Shown here in pieces: positions 1 to 13,200 of a DNA stretch of 64,000 nt. Made by a program: the position numbers and the translations under genes. Position 1 is the stretch's first letter, and each line of letters starts with the position of its first letter. The notes beneath the pieces were generated by a model that was not told where the DNA came from, searched no databases, and saw only the letters and a program-made list of their open reading frames with translations. This DNA is from Antedon mediterranea (lineage: Eukaryota > Animalia > Echinodermata): NCBI RefSeq assembly GCF_964355755.1, contig NC_092674.1, forward strand, positions 2,604,001 through 2,668,000, in the 5' to 3' direction.

Positions 1-420
1 AATAGGGCAAGTACACTACCTAATATGGCAAGTACCGTACCTAATATGGCAAGTACCGTACCTAATATGGCAAGTACCGTACCTAATATGGCAAGTAGGC
101 CTACACTACCTAATAGGGCAAGTACACTACCTAATAGGGCAAGTACCGTACCTAATATGGCAAGTAGGCCTACACTACCTAATAGGGCATGTACACTACC
201 TAATAGGGCAAGTACCGTACCTAATATGGCAAGTAGGCCTACACTACCTAATAGGGCAAGTACACTACCTAATAGGGCAAGTACCGTACCTAATATGGCA
301 AGTAGGCCTACACTACCTAATAGGGCAAGTACACTACCTAATAGGGCAAGTACCGTACCTAATATGGCAAGTAGGCCTACACTACCTAATAGGGCAAGTA
401 CCGTACACTACCTAATATGG
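1..420. repeat. Minisatellite of ~21-27 bp units (CCTAATATGGCAAGT/CCTAATAGGGCAAGT core) in a gene A intron
   Basis: Directly visible tandem units, with a recurring 69-bp higher-order block. The 148-aa ORF is a by-product of the repeat. Confidence 0.95.
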
Positions 421-493
421 CGATTCGTACCTTATATGTCAAGTCTTACTATGACTAAATTATTTCCCTGATGTAATTTTTTGTTTATTTTAG

Positions 494-3400
494 ATGCAGG
501 ATTCAGCGAAATAAAATCTGATGAAGAATTTATTTTACGTAATACCGATACAAACTTAAGTTTACCCATTTCAGTTAATTTAGGTCGTGGCGTTAATAAC
601 ACAGGTTAGTGAGAGTTGTAGTTAGATAACACGATCATAACGCCATTGTATTTATTATCATCTGCATCATTTTGTCATTGTCATCTTCATCATCTTCATC
701 ATTATGTTGTTTAATTTTACTTTACTTGGTCAACACCCGTGTGCGACTAATTCAAATGAGGTTTACTCACAATATAGATGATATGATGATTATGATGATG
801 ATGATTCTTCCTGTTGGCCTGAAAATTTGATTTCAACAGATCATTCTTACATTAATTGATTAATACTTATTCTTGATTTGCAGAAGATAATATGAAGATA
901 ACGTATACTATTTTCAATGAATCATATTTTGATTTGATGCTTGGAACAGACGATATAGGGTAATTCTAAAGCTCTGTCCACACTATCAAACTAGTTTGAC
1001 AACAAATGTGCCCAAAATATGGTAGTGATGTCATCGTGTCCATATATGGTCACATAAAGCTTGATAGTCTAGACAGATCTTTAGACATGGTTTTATAAAT
1101 TAGTAGGTGGTACCGTCTTAGTAGAATTATGTGTACGTATATCCAACAGAAGCAGAGAAGAAACATTACATAAAATGCTAAATCTTCTTAAATTATTATT
1201 GTTACACTGTTCCACTCACACGTGCCACAAGACTAATTACATTAAAATGACGTCACCATAATATTTTTTATGTTTCCTCTTTTAAAAAAAATCTTAGAGA
1301 AGTTGCTGCGAGAGCTGCTATTCTTTCATTGACTGTAATAACTCAATCAGATGATCCAGTACAAACCGATATCTCATTTTCAATTCCACACGAAAAGGTA
1401 TATTTCCTCATTTAGTTTTTATAGGCTATTAATATGTGTTGCGGCATTATTGATAGAAGAGGACATTATAATAAACTCTCATCAACATATTCTTATCAAC
1501 ATTTTCTTATCAAATCTCATCAACTTATTCTCATCAATTTATTATTATCAATTCATTCTTATCAACTTATTCCCATCAACATATTTCTTTATCCTTAATA
1601 ATAATAAATATAATAATAATAAATAATATGTTTATACAGGATAAAATAATCGGATAACAGTGTATCTGTTTTACATTGTGGTCCTGTCTTAATCAAAATA
1701 TACAAAAGAGAAACTTAATTAAATATAATACAGTGTTTATGAAAAGAAATGAGATTTGTATCTAGCCTTAAAGGACGTAATTGTTGTTGCCGATTTAATA
1801 TTAATTGGTAACTGTTCCATATTTTTGCGCCTGCAACTTTAAAGGACGAATTCATTTTACTAAGGGTGTATTTAGGTATTGTTACATTCAAATGTTCTAC
1901 TCCGCGTGTTAAGTGGATTCTTTTCGATATTATCAACTTATATTCATCAACTTTCCTATCAACTTATTCTCATCAACTTTCTTATCAGCTTATTCTCATC
2001 AGTTTTCTTATATCAACTTATTCTTATCCATTTATTCTTATCAACTTTCTTATATCAACTTATTCTCATTAACTTTCTTATATCAACTTATTCTCTTCCA
2101 CTTATTCTCATCAACTCTCTTATATCAACTTATTTCCCATCAAATTTTTATCAACTTCTCATCAACTTATTCTCAGTGATTTATACTTCTTTTAGGTTAC
2201 TAATTATAGACGGTTCTGTATATTTTGGGATGTTTCTTCAATGTAAGTACAACTTTTTCTTTCGCGTCATCATTTCGTTAGATTGTATAGACCAATCAAA
2301 ATAAAGAGTCCCTAATTCTCGATGTTTTATCCATCAGGATATGGTCTGATGAAGGATGTATGATGATCACTTTTTCGGAAACGCAGACGACATGTGTTTG
2401 TACCCACAATACAACATTCAGCATTCTATTTCAAGTTGATGGTGACAATAAGGTTTGTTTGCAAATTGTATATCAATATGCCCTGATGCACGCGCGCGTT
2501 TGAATCATTGAGACGCGCGCGCAGATACGATATCTGTCCAATGGTTTTTATTATCTCCATACTCCCATTGATAAGTTTATTTTATATATGGGAAGAGTTT
2601 TAGGCGATATATGACTTTTTAATCTAACATTCGAAATGCAAGGCAGGAGTATAGAATGATTTTCCAAAAAAAATCAACAAATTATTGTTCAATATCTTTT
2701 TATATTTATAAACAGTTATTTTCACCGACATCATCCAGCTTGGGTGGTGATATTTTAATTGTTCTGGAACAGCTGCTTCTTACCATATCTACAGTCGCTC
2801 TCATTGTGGGATTGATTATACTCTGCTATCTAAGGTAAGAAGCCATCAAACCAATCCATTACCTATTTGCCTAAACATTATTACCGTAGTCTTAGACTTT
2901 TAAGCTTGTTTACCAATTATGGCGCAAACGCAAGTAAGTTCGGATCACAGTTCGGATAATCCGTCACTTGTGATTGGTTGTAAAATGACGTACGTGCACA
3001 GACTTGCATTGCGTCGCACAAGGTACGGATCGACCACACCATATAAACGTACCTATACCCGGTGCCCTCTCCTTCGCAAGCAACAGAGTGTACTTATTTC
3101 TATAATCAACAAATCCTATAGTTCATAAACCTGTAAATTCATAAATTCTCGATTGAAAGGAGCTTGTATACTTGGTTCATGCACCCACTTAAGTAAACAA
3201 AAGGAATTGATTTTGAAAGGAGCACGTTCCAGATCTTCATAGTTGAGCTATTATAGTTATCCACGTGTACAGATTTATTAAAATCGATCTAAGTTCAATA
3301 TAATAAAGACCATCTAAAGTTACATATTGGCATTTTGTTGTTATATAATTAAACATATTTATGACTGTCGTGAGTCGAACAAACACGTCAAAGGAATAGA

Positions 3401-6400
3401 CCAAAGACTGGATACGTTGTTTAGACGTTTATTGGAACACAACTTCAAACTGATACAGATGTAGCAGAACGAAAAGATAAAAGTACAAACACCCCTGCAA
3501 TGCCCTCATACAAGTAGCCAAACAATCAAGAGTCAACTCCACTCTGGTACACAGTCGTCTTTGTTCTTATCAATGCTCGAATTACATCAAGTTACACGCT
3601 CATAAAATAGTAAATAATCAAGGTTCTCATCTGTCTCTGCCAGACACGTCTTGTCTCTCTCAAGGCAGGGTCTCAATCTCCCGCTCAGTGAGAGGAACGC
3701 GCTAGCCTAATTACTATCTCACTAGTCAAATAAACATCCGCAGAAGAAACTGTAAATCATACTAGGCGTAACGTTAAAATAAAATATCCCTCCCTCAGCA
3801 AAGTAGGTCTGGACAATCAAATAAATCCAGCCTCCGACATCTTCCCCAGCTTTCTCCGCTTACGTCCCGAAAGCGAATAGAATAACAAAAACTAACATTG
3901 AATAGATCTTGGAAGATTGTTGATGTTGCTATGTTGACCTTTACGTTGTCTTTCGGACCTCCGGACTGGTTGCGGTAATTCCAAATTTCTAAATTGTAAC
4001 CAAATTTGATCTTCTTCATCAGGCTCTTCATCATCAGATGAACCATCAGAGGAATCATGCTGTTCAACTTCGATCTCTTGTTCTATGGGTACTTCAACTA
4101 CTAAGTCTCTCGGGTCTCTAATTATTCTTCTTCTATTAACCCATTTAGTAGCACCTCCGTTGCTTGGTCTAAGTTGGTAAACATCACCTTCTTGATTTAT
4201 ACCAGTTACAATGTATGACGTTTCGTAATATTTTATCAACCAGTTTATGTCGACCATCAAAGTGTTCTCTGTGAAGTAGAACCCGCTCACCTTTTTTGAA
4301 CTGCTCACAATTTGTTGGTGGGTGGCGTCTTTCTTCCCTATCCGCAGCTGCTCTCAGCCTAGAACTCACCACTTCTGCTGCTCTTTGCATCATTTTCGAT
4401 TGTTGCTCTATGTAGTCTTCATCCCAAGTTGAACTCGTATTATCTAGGAAATGGTCAATAGGCAATTTGGGTTCTCTTCCCATCATCAAAAGGTGGGGCG
4501 TAACGCCGGTCACCGTATATGCGGCGTGGTATTATAGATGAATACTACATGTCCTAGCATCTCGGGCCATCGTCTTCGCTCTGCTGGTTTCATAGCTCTC
4601 AATAAGCCGCACAAAGTCTTATTAAACCTTTCAGTTTGCCCATTCCCAGCTGGATGGTAACCTGAAGTTCTAGATTTCGTTATTTTGTACAGCTTGCACA
4701 ACTCTTCTATTATGTGGCTCTCGAAGTTCTTCCCTTGGTCTGAATGAATTCGATCCGGCACCCCATAGCAAGCAAACCGATGATCTCTCAGAGCTCGTGC
4801 TACCCCTTTTGCGGACTGGTCCTTGCAAGCGGCAGTAGCAGCAAACTTAGAATAGGCATCCGTCATCACTAAGACATCTTCGAATCCTCCCATTCCTCTG
4901 TCAAGTTTTAGGAAGTCGATAGCTACTAGTTCTAAAGGTCTGAAAGCGAGAAGATGACGTAGTGGCGGTCTGATTTTAGGGGTTTGTGATTTACTCACAG
5001 CACACCGGAAACATCTCTTGATGTGGCCTTTGACATCAGTCTTGGCTCCTGGCCAATAACATCTATAGTAAAGTAATGCTAACGTTCGTGTAACTCCCTG
5101 GTGTCCCCAACGCTCATGTACCATGTCAAGTATTTCTGCCCGCATCTGTTCAGGTACAGCGTACTGCATTATTTGTCCATGGATTTTGTCTTTCCTGACT
5201 CTGTACAAAACCCCATCTTCGACCTTTAAGTTGTCCCACTCTCTGGTCCAACTCCTTACAGCCTTAGACTCTGCATTGTGCACTTTGTTGCCCTTGCTCT
5301 TGAGCTCGATTACTTCATTAAGTACAGGAGACTGTAATTGTAATCGTTGAAGCTGCTGCTTGCAATAAGACGGGAAAACTGTCGGATGTTGATTATTAAT
5401 GGTGACAGCTCTCACCTCGACTCTAAATTTCAGGTCTTCTTTAGGTAGACGCCCTATGACAACATTCATGACATCTTTTGCGACTGGGACTGTTCTACTC
5501 AGAGCATCCGCACACTTATTGTCCCGTCCAGGCTTGTATTTAACGTCCAAGTCGAAGTTGGCCAATTGGGCGACCCATCGATGTTCCGTAGCTCCAAGTC
5601 TTGCAGTCTCAAGGTGCACCAACGGGTTGTGATCGGTGTATACAATACAATGGTTGCCCAGCAGATAAGCACTAAACTTCTCCGTTACAGCCCACTTCAG
5701 CGCCAACAATTCTACTTTAAAGCTTGACAAATCACTGTAGTTCTTCTCAGCACCTCGCAACCCTCGACTAGCATAAGCGACTGGGTGAGGCTTGCCTGTT
5801 TCATCCGATTGCATCAAACATGCGCCTAATCCTTTGAACGAGGCATCTACTTCTAGTATAAATTTCTTCTGGAAATCTGGGTATGCCAATACAGGCGTAG
5901 AACTAAGCATGACCTTTAACCTATCAAACGCTTGCTGCTCTCCTTCCTTCCAATAAAAGTTCCCTGCTTTCGATGATGCAGTGCTTCTTGTCTTAGCAAC
6001 CAGGGCATGCAGCGGAGCAGCGATGCGAGAAAAATTATGAATGAAGCGTCGATAGTAGGAGGCCAGGCCAAGGAATGAGCTGACTTCTCGTCCGTTTGTC
6101 GGGGTGGGCCAGTCTTTGATCCGCTCAACTTTCTCTTCTGACACTTGCACGCCCCGATCATCCACCACATGTCCTAGGTACTCAACCTTCTGCTTCAGCA
6201 CATCACATTTCTTCCCTTTCAACTTCAGTCCATATTTGGACAACCTAACTAGAACTTTTTCTAGACGAACTAGGTGTTCTTCGAGCGTCGAAGAGAATAT
6301 GAGAATGTCATCTAGGTATAGTACTATAACTCTACCAAGTTCATATCTGCAAAGATGAACACCATTATTCGTTGGAAAGTGTTTGCTGCATTGCTGAGTC

Positions 6401-9400
6401 CTTGCGGCATCCTCAGGTATTCGTAAAGACCCCAAGGAACTCTGAAGGCTGTCTGGTCTATCGACGATTCATCCATTGTGACCTGATAGTACCCATGGGC
6501 TAAGTCGAGCGTGGTGAAATACTTAGCTCCCCCTAGAATGTCCAACACCTCGTCTATACGCGGTAGTGGGAAGGAGTCCTTGACAGTCATGGCATTCAGC
6601 TTCCGATAGTCAATACACAGCCGTAGGGACCCATCTTTCTTTGTCACTATCACCACAGGGCTAGCGTAAGCACTTTTCGACGGTCGAATCATTTTTGGTC
6701 TACCATCTCTTGAATCATCCTTTTGATTTCTGGAACTTTGTGCGGGTGTATTCGCCGAAATGGTTCTCGAATAATCTTCTCTGATGTTAGGATAATAGAA
6801 TGTGGAACAAGGTTACATTTACCAACATCAAATGAACCAGTCGAAAATGTGCTCGGATGTTTCTTGATGCATGCACTGCATGACTTTAGTCTTTTCCTCT
6901 TCCCCCAAATGGCTCAAATTCAACCCAGGAGCTATCTCTTCACACTCTTGAATAAGTCCTTCACTCTTCAGAACTCCGGATACACCACAACCAGGTGTTA
7001 CTAATACTTCTCCAACTCGGACCTCTAAACCATCAGCTACCTGCACTAGCTCAGCTTCCTGCTTCTCATTGACTGCTGACGCTTCTCCTACCACAACATC
7101 CTTCCTCAACTTGATGGGTTGGTTTTCAGAATTGGCCAACATTACCCCAAGAAGCCCATTCTTGATCGCCCCGCAACCTTCTACCAATTCTACACTCTGG
7201 TTTCCCTGAACTGGACTCGCCAACACATTACCCTTAAGATTGCTAACTTGACAACAGATCCTTCTGACACCGCATGCTGGGATGGTAACATCTTCAGACA
7301 ATCTCAGTTCGGCTACATCACACGGCACAGGTGTCTCAACCTTGTTGTCCCTCTTCTCTAACATCAAATTTCTGACAAACCTCCAGGCGAAGTGTCCTTT
7401 TGCGGAACATTAAGAACAGACAATTTCCTCAGGATATTACAGCCAAGTAGGATAGGATGATCTTGACTCCTCTTACTCGAACCGTCTTTGGACACTAAGA
7501 AACTCGCGCTCAGCTCGTTCTCACCATATTTCATCGGAAGCTCCACATAGCCTTGAATGTCTACAGGTTCTCCATTGACGCCAGTTATCTGTAGATATGT
7601 CACTTCAGGTGCCAAATTGCCAAGTCTTGGTTTTAGTTTAGTCTCATATACTGAAGCTGGAATCAATGACGTCATAGCCCCGGTATCCAGTATACATCCC
7701 AACTCAATGCCTGCAAGGGTTATGGTAGCAGAAGGACTGTTTGCTACGAGCTCGCTCTCGTGTTCTTCTGCGCTGGCGATATGGCCCATTTCAATTTCCA
7801 CATCGTCTGGTTTTTGTGCGTCTGCGGTGGCTGTACTCAATTGTGGGCAATCTTTCCTAAAGTGTCCGGTCTGTTTGCAATGAAGGCATTTATATTAACC
7901 AGTGCAGTTTTCCTTACGATGACTCTTCTCTAGGCACTTATAGCAGGTTAAAGGTTTGCGTTGTGGCCCACTGGTAACTACATCATTCTCAGCCTGGCGA
8001 TTTAACAGCGCGTTCACAGCCTTCAGTTCGGCTTTCAATGCCTCCATCTCGCTCTGCTTCGCGTCATTGACAACCTCATGAACTTGCACTCTCCTTTTCT
8101 GACTCTCAATATTCCTAAAGAATTCTAGCGTCTCCTCTCTCATCTCTTGGAATGACTTATCTTTATATGCCATCTCAATTCTGCGCAATTCCCTTTGGAC
8201 CCACGGTTCTTTCGCCCCTCTTGCAAATCTCTCCTTCAAGGCATTGTCCTTTAAGCTTTCCAATGCCACTTTTTCAACATCAGACGTCGCTGCCTTGATC
8301 ATTCTCTGGTAGATTCTCATCAGTATCCTACTGTAGTCGGCCAATGATTCTCCATCCATCTGTGATCGACTATGGAAATTACTGCTAAGTGACTGAACAG
8401 TATTAATCGGTGCGAATAGTGCTTCCAGCTTCTCTATGATTTTCGTACTATCCTTCTTAACATCATCACCATAACATAGTATCTCATCTTTCGCCGCTCC
8501 ACCTAGATGGGCTAACAGCGAGTTGGCTTTGGCTTCTCCAGTTAGATTGTAGTGGGTCGCATAACTATTGAAGTCATCTATCCATTCTTTCAAGGAGAAC
8601 TCTCCAATCTCTCTTGCACAACCCTTAAACTTAGATAGCTTAACTGGTGGTGGACTTCGCTGTGTGGTTAGGCCTTGGAGTGCCGTTGTTAACGCTTGTA
8701 TCATATCGCCCATCTCTGCCATATTGCTATATTACAAAATGGGAATAAGAATCTATGCACAATGTAAATACACGGTAAAACAAGTAAGTATATGCAATAA
8801 AAAAAACAAAGCATTCATGAAAAATATCTCTAAATTGGCATCCAGGGGTCAATCAGCCAAATCCGTTCGTCTGCACCAACTTGACTCGTCACACTAATCT
8901 CGTCGAATTCAGATCTGTTCCAGTTGCATCCCACCGCTGCCACCAAAATTGGTCGTGAGTCGAACAAACACGTCAAAGGAATAGACCAAAGACTGGATAC
9001 GTTGTTTAGACGTTTATTGGAACACAACTTCAAACTGATACAGATGTAGCAGAACGAAAAGATAAAAGTACAAACACCCCTGCAATGCCCTCATACAAGT
9101 AGCCAAACAATCAAGAGTCAACTCCACTCTGGTACACAGTCGTCTTTGTTCTTATCAATGCTCGAATTACATCAAGTTACACGCTCATAAAATAGTAAAT
9201 AATCAAGGTTCTCATCTATCTCTGCCAGACACGTCTTGTCTCTCTCAAGGCAGGGTCTCAATCTCCCGCTCAGTGAGAGGAACGCGCTAGCCTAATTACT
9301 ATCTCACTAGTCAAATAAACATCCGCAGAAGAAACTGTAAATCATACTAGGCGTAACGTTAAAATAAAATATCCCTCCCTCAGCAAAGTAGGTCTGGACA

Positions 9401-12400
9401 ATCAAATAAATCCAGCCTCCGACATGACAAACCAGTGTTGGTATTATTTTAAGTATAATGGATCCCGAACGCCCGGAACAAGTTTAATTACTGTAAACGT
9501 AATTTTCTAATTAAAGATCACCATAAAAAGATTGTTTACAATCTTAACATTTTGTTTCTTTTTGTCATTACTTGCTTTGTTGTTTGCTATTTAAGTCTAA
9601 AAATGTTCAAGTTATCTTCATGATACTCTACGTCACAAAAGCTTATTAAAATCTTGAGTTATCTGTATCTTCAATATGGACCAAAATATTAAAAAGCACG
9701 CCCTCTGTCTACATTTGCCAAGTTTGAGAAAGTTTGTTTTTAATGCATTTTACGTGATTTGATATAAGTATGGAGCGCCATATGTGCCAATATTTTTAGT
9801 TTCTTTTAACGATTAAGTCGAATCCCCGTCTAGAACTTTGACTTATAGTTAGCTACCAACGATGGTGTCGCATTTCGTCACATTTCAATCTATATGAAAT
9901 AAAAGTGAAAACTAAAGATCTGTTCAACTCGTGTTTCGTTTAATTTCAGAGGCCTCCGTAACTGCATTCGTACCAGCATCCACAAACATCTAATGCTTAC
10001 TTTAGCACTCTCGCAAATAGTGTTTCTGATTGGTTTCGACAAAACATCAAATCAAGTAAGAAACAGCTATATTCTCCACTTGGCAGACGACTACATTATT
10101 AATGATGACAATATGTAACATAGTAATTATATTGCTGAAAAATTGTTGTTTATTGATTTTCCACATGTAATACATATATTTTCTAAATAAATCATAAAAT
10201 ATTTATTAATGATAATTATGAATTTAATTGAATTTACTTGTCTTTTTCCTCAATGAAAATTGTTGCAAAAAACATTCATAAGACAAAAAATTGGTTTGAC
10301 TAATTTTACCAATAAAACCATATTTTGTTATTCTTAATATCAACCATCATTTTGTTATTTTGTTATTTTATATTGTTTTTCATGTATCTAACGCGTTTTT
10401 CTTGCCCACAGAGCGTGTGCACTGGAGTTGCCGCGTTACTTCTCTATCTTTACCTTGCGGCATTTACGTGGATGTTTGCTGAAGCCGTTTACCTCCATTA
10501 CAAGATATATGATATTCATAAAACGTCTGTACATTATCAACGCATATCGCGTTATATTCTATTCTGTTATGGAATACCTTTGGTGATTGTTGGAGTTGCT
10601 CTTGCTTGTAACGTTGATGGGTTTGGCACAGATAGAAGGTAGGTTGATTGACCCCCCCCCCCACCGCCCCTCCATAGACCTAATCCCAGCGGGACATCCG
10701 CAGCCCTCACTGAGGCCACTATGCCACTGCCTTATCCTTGTAAATAAGACAATGTAACACTTGGTTCTTTTAATGATCCTTCTTCTGAGGAAGATCATAA
10801 AAATGAGAAATGTTAGAAATAATAGATTGTAAAATTGTTTATTTGTTTATAGTTGTTGGTTATCGACATCAAATGGATTTGTGTGGACGTTCATAGGACC
10901 TGTGTATTTTATATGCTCGGTAAAAACATGACAGTATTTGCAATGGAATGAGAGTATTTACATTCAAAACTCTAAAAAGTTTCTCTTTTGTGACGTTGAT
11001 CACTAATTGTATTCATTTCATTGAAATATCAATCATTCATACGATTTGATCAAATAAATTTAATTAATAGTATATTCGTAAAACTTATAGACCTATTTAC
11101 GATTTGCGTTTCTTTATTTATTTATTTTTATTATTTAACCCGATCTGATACAGTGTTCGAATGTTCATTTACTTTCAGGCTAATTTGGTTCTTATTTTAA
11201 AAGTAGCCAAAACGATTTACACACGTTCTAAGGGACACTGTAACAAGAACCAGAAGGAGGAGATAGCGATGACTAGGTATGTATATTACATTGCTATGAC
11301 GTCACTATGACGTAGGCCTACGTCTAATCATCTATCCATGGTTTATGTAAATGTTACTATTTTCCACCGGTCCTGGTAGGCTACTTGGATACAGTGTTAA
11401 TGTATGATCATCTAATACGAGTAACAAACACAAGATAACAGAGTTATTTCCAAAAGATCCCAATGAAAATAAGCTAATATTAATAGAGCATTTTGGGCCG
11501 GCTATCCTGGAAAATCTTTTATAAGTGCTATTTATTTGTAATGTCAGTCATTATGTTATCACTTTGTATGTGTTTTTTTGTAATGATTTTTCTAATAACT
11601 TAATAAATCAAATGAATAAATATATTTATTTTTAAATTAAAATTTGTTTGACAGAAAAGCTATAAAGGGCGCACTGATACTTGTGCCGCTGCTTGGTGTC
11701 ACGTGGTTATTTGGTATAGTAATTGCCTTCACTGGTGGAACAATGCTGTTTTCTTATATTTTTGCTGTTCTGAATGGAAGCCAAGGATTGGCTATATTCC
11801 TCGTCTGCATAGTGTTCAGTCCGCAGGTATTGTTTTCACGTACTTACCAATGTGCACTTAAGTTAGATATTTCTCAAAAATGAATTAATAATAATAATAC
11901 TATAACGGTTCACTTAAAGATGTATTGTCCCCCAAAAACATGAAAAATAAAGATTAATTAAATCAGACTTTGAACATGTTATTTTGTAGTTTTAAGTTCC
12001 GTAGAAAAAAAAACCCGGGAAAAAATGATGTTTTGACTTATAATGACAAAATAAATGGTTACATTCAACCAAAATCCATTGGCTGGCAGCTTATTTGATT
12101 ATTATTTTGCTTTAAATTACATTTTTTTAGGTAAATACACTTTTTTGTTATCCAATTTTTGGTCAAAGCGGATAACGATTATGTTACATTAAAATGGCAT
12201 ATTCAAAAAAATTGTAAGAACTATTTTTCAGGAGGGGTGTGCAAGTAAGAGGCCTACGTATATTGTTTGGTGAGATAGGAGAATTTTCAAATTGTAAAGG
12301 TGTTTCCCTTTAGTCCGGGTAGGCATATATATAATAAAGGTTAACACGGTCACTACTCTTTACGAAAAACATTGATTACTTCAGTTACGCATTTTTAATA

Positions 12401-12792
12401 CCAATTCGTTTCAGGTAAAAGATGAATTGAAGAAACATAAATGGCTAAAGCGCCTTTTCAGACGTGTTGACCCCATGCAATCGGAACCACAAACAATCCA
12501 AGTGAGTTAATCTTGTTAGTTTATTATATTGGAATGGAGAACATTCATTGATTGCGTCGCGCTTACGTCGTTGCGTTACGTCCTAGTGGGAACCAAGCTT
12601 TAACGTATTAATATAATAACATTTTCCTAAATACTTGCATTTTATGTAGTATTCGTTTTATCATAGACATGGTTTTATAAAGAACAAACTCTTTACGTGT
12701 TTCAAAATGCCTTTATTATTAACGAGTTATTTATTTTACAGACGACGTCAAGCTTTTCTACAACGAGGACAAAATCGGGTGGATTGCTATAA
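494..12792 (+). CDS. Adhesion GPCR gene A (GAIN/GPS + 7TM, latrophilin/ADGRD-like), 5' part outside window
   Basis: Exons with AG/GT boundaries and consistent phases: 494-604, 884-959, 1298-1397, 2196-2242, 2338-2452, 2716-2834, 9950-10055, 10412-10638, 10853-10919, 11179-11276, 11655-11826, 12415-12501, 12742-12792. GPS CIFWD..WSDEGC..CVCTHNTTFSIL; 7TM motifs IHKHL, FTWMFAEA, YGIP, CWLS..FIGP, LLGVTW, NGSQG. Confidence 0.9.
970..1080. mobile_element. Short Harbinger/Tourist-like MITE
   Basis: TIRs AGCTCTGTCCACACTATCAAA / TTGATAGTCTAGACAGATCT flanked by TAA/TTA. Related copies at ~17280-17420, ~19688-19828 and ~61870-62010. Confidence 0.7.
1478..2176. repeat. Degenerate ~14-bp tandem repeat (TTATTCTCATCAAC), split by a LINE 3' fragment
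   Basis: Units at 1478-1592 and 1930-2176. The overlapping hydrophobic ORFs are artefacts of the repeat. Confidence 0.85.
1596..1925 (-). mobile_element. 5'-truncated L2/CR1-group LINE 3' end
   Basis: Minus-strand HLTR...SFKVAGAKIWNS, typical of the ORF2 C-terminus, followed by a 3' UTR and a (TTA)n-type tail at 1596-1628. Confidence 0.65.
3366..3839 (-). repeat. 3' LTR of the Gypsy element
   Basis: Near-identical to 8951-9424; adjacent minus-strand polypurine tract GGGGAAGA at 3840-3848. Confidence 0.96.
3892..7894 (-). pseudogene. pol: Gypsy Pol (protease, RT, RNase H, integrase) broken by frameshifts
   Basis: ILDTGA protease (7364-7840), LCIDYRKLN (6324-6692), YLDD, DAS RNase H, HHCC and DDE integrase (4510-6435), all in different frames. 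Confidence 0.9.
7895..8722 (-). CDS. gag: Gypsy Gag (capsid-like plus CCHC zinc knuckle)
   Basis: 275-aa ORF with CYKCLEKSHRKENC. A second knuckle, CLHCKQTGHFRKDC, follows in frame after a TAA. Confidence 0.85.
   Translation of the reverse strand: MAEMGDMIQALTTALQGLTTQRSPPPVKLSKFKGCAREIGEFSLKEWIDDFNSYATHYNLTGEAKANSLLAHLGGAAKDEILCYGDDVKKDSTKIIEKLEALFAPINTVQSLSSNFHSRSQMDGESLADYSRILMRIYQRMIKAATSDVEKVALESLKDNALKERFARGAKEPWVQRELRRIEMAYKDKSFQEMREETLEFFRNIESQKRRVQVHEVVNDAKQSEMEALKAELKAVNALLNRQAENDVVTSGPQRKPLTCYKCLEKSHRKENCTG
8928..8945 (-). promoter_or_regulatory. Primer binding site, tRNA-Leu type
   Basis: Minus strand TGGTGGCAGCGGTGGGAT, complementary to a tRNA-Leu 3' end (ATCCCACCGCTGCCACCA), 5 nt inside the 5' LTR. 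Confidence 0.85.
8951..9424 (-). repeat. 5' LTR of the Gypsy element
   Basis: Near-identical to 3366-3839 (two differences seen by eye); adjacent to the PBS. Confidence 0.96.
11918..12238. mobile_element. Non-autonomous TTAA-inserting (Kolobok-like) DNA element, right end eroded
   Basis: TTAA|AGATGTATTGTCCCCC start. The paralogous copy at 57883-58204 retains the matching GGGGGCAATATATCT end. Confidence 0.55.
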
Positions 12793-13200
12793 AACAGTCT
12801 TAACTGATGGTCTTAACTCCCCGATTAAAGCCGGCTTTATCAGATAGACGGTCTTATTAAAGCCACTCCTGATAGACCATTGCTATAAACCAGTCTTAGA
12901 TAAGACCGCGTAAAGTAACAAATTGAGGGCGTACTTTGCGCGTAGAATACCAAATAAGGTAATGTTCGTCACGCTTGTTCAATTCACAATCATAACAGTA
13001 CGTACATTTCTACGCGAGAAAATCCATTCTAGGCCTATATAAGAATAAAATCATCGTTATTATTTGATTTAACACTTAAAACTCGTTCAATTGGTTGTCT
13101 TTGACGATAAATAATACGTAAAAGCAACAAAAAGAGAGGTTTAAGACTGTTTTAAGACTCCTTCGAGTAGGCTTTAATTTTAAAGACCGTTTACAGGTAA

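Larger units (their letters stand above)
3366..9424 (-). mobile_element. Ty3/Gypsy LTR retrotransposon, full length, in the gene A intron between TM1 and TM2
   Basis: 474-bp LTRs at 3366-3839 and 8951-9424, TGTCG..CGACA outer termini, 4-bp TSD TGAC, PBS and PPT present, gag-PR-RT-RNaseH-IN order. Confidence 0.97.

Noticed and set aside
25-471. 148-aa repetitive ORF
   Set aside because: Translation of a minisatellite whose units are multiples of 3; lies in a gene A intron.
1351-2304. Hydrophobic short ORFs
   Set aside because: They arise from the TTATTCTCATCAAC repeat; the true exons here are short and only partly overlap them.
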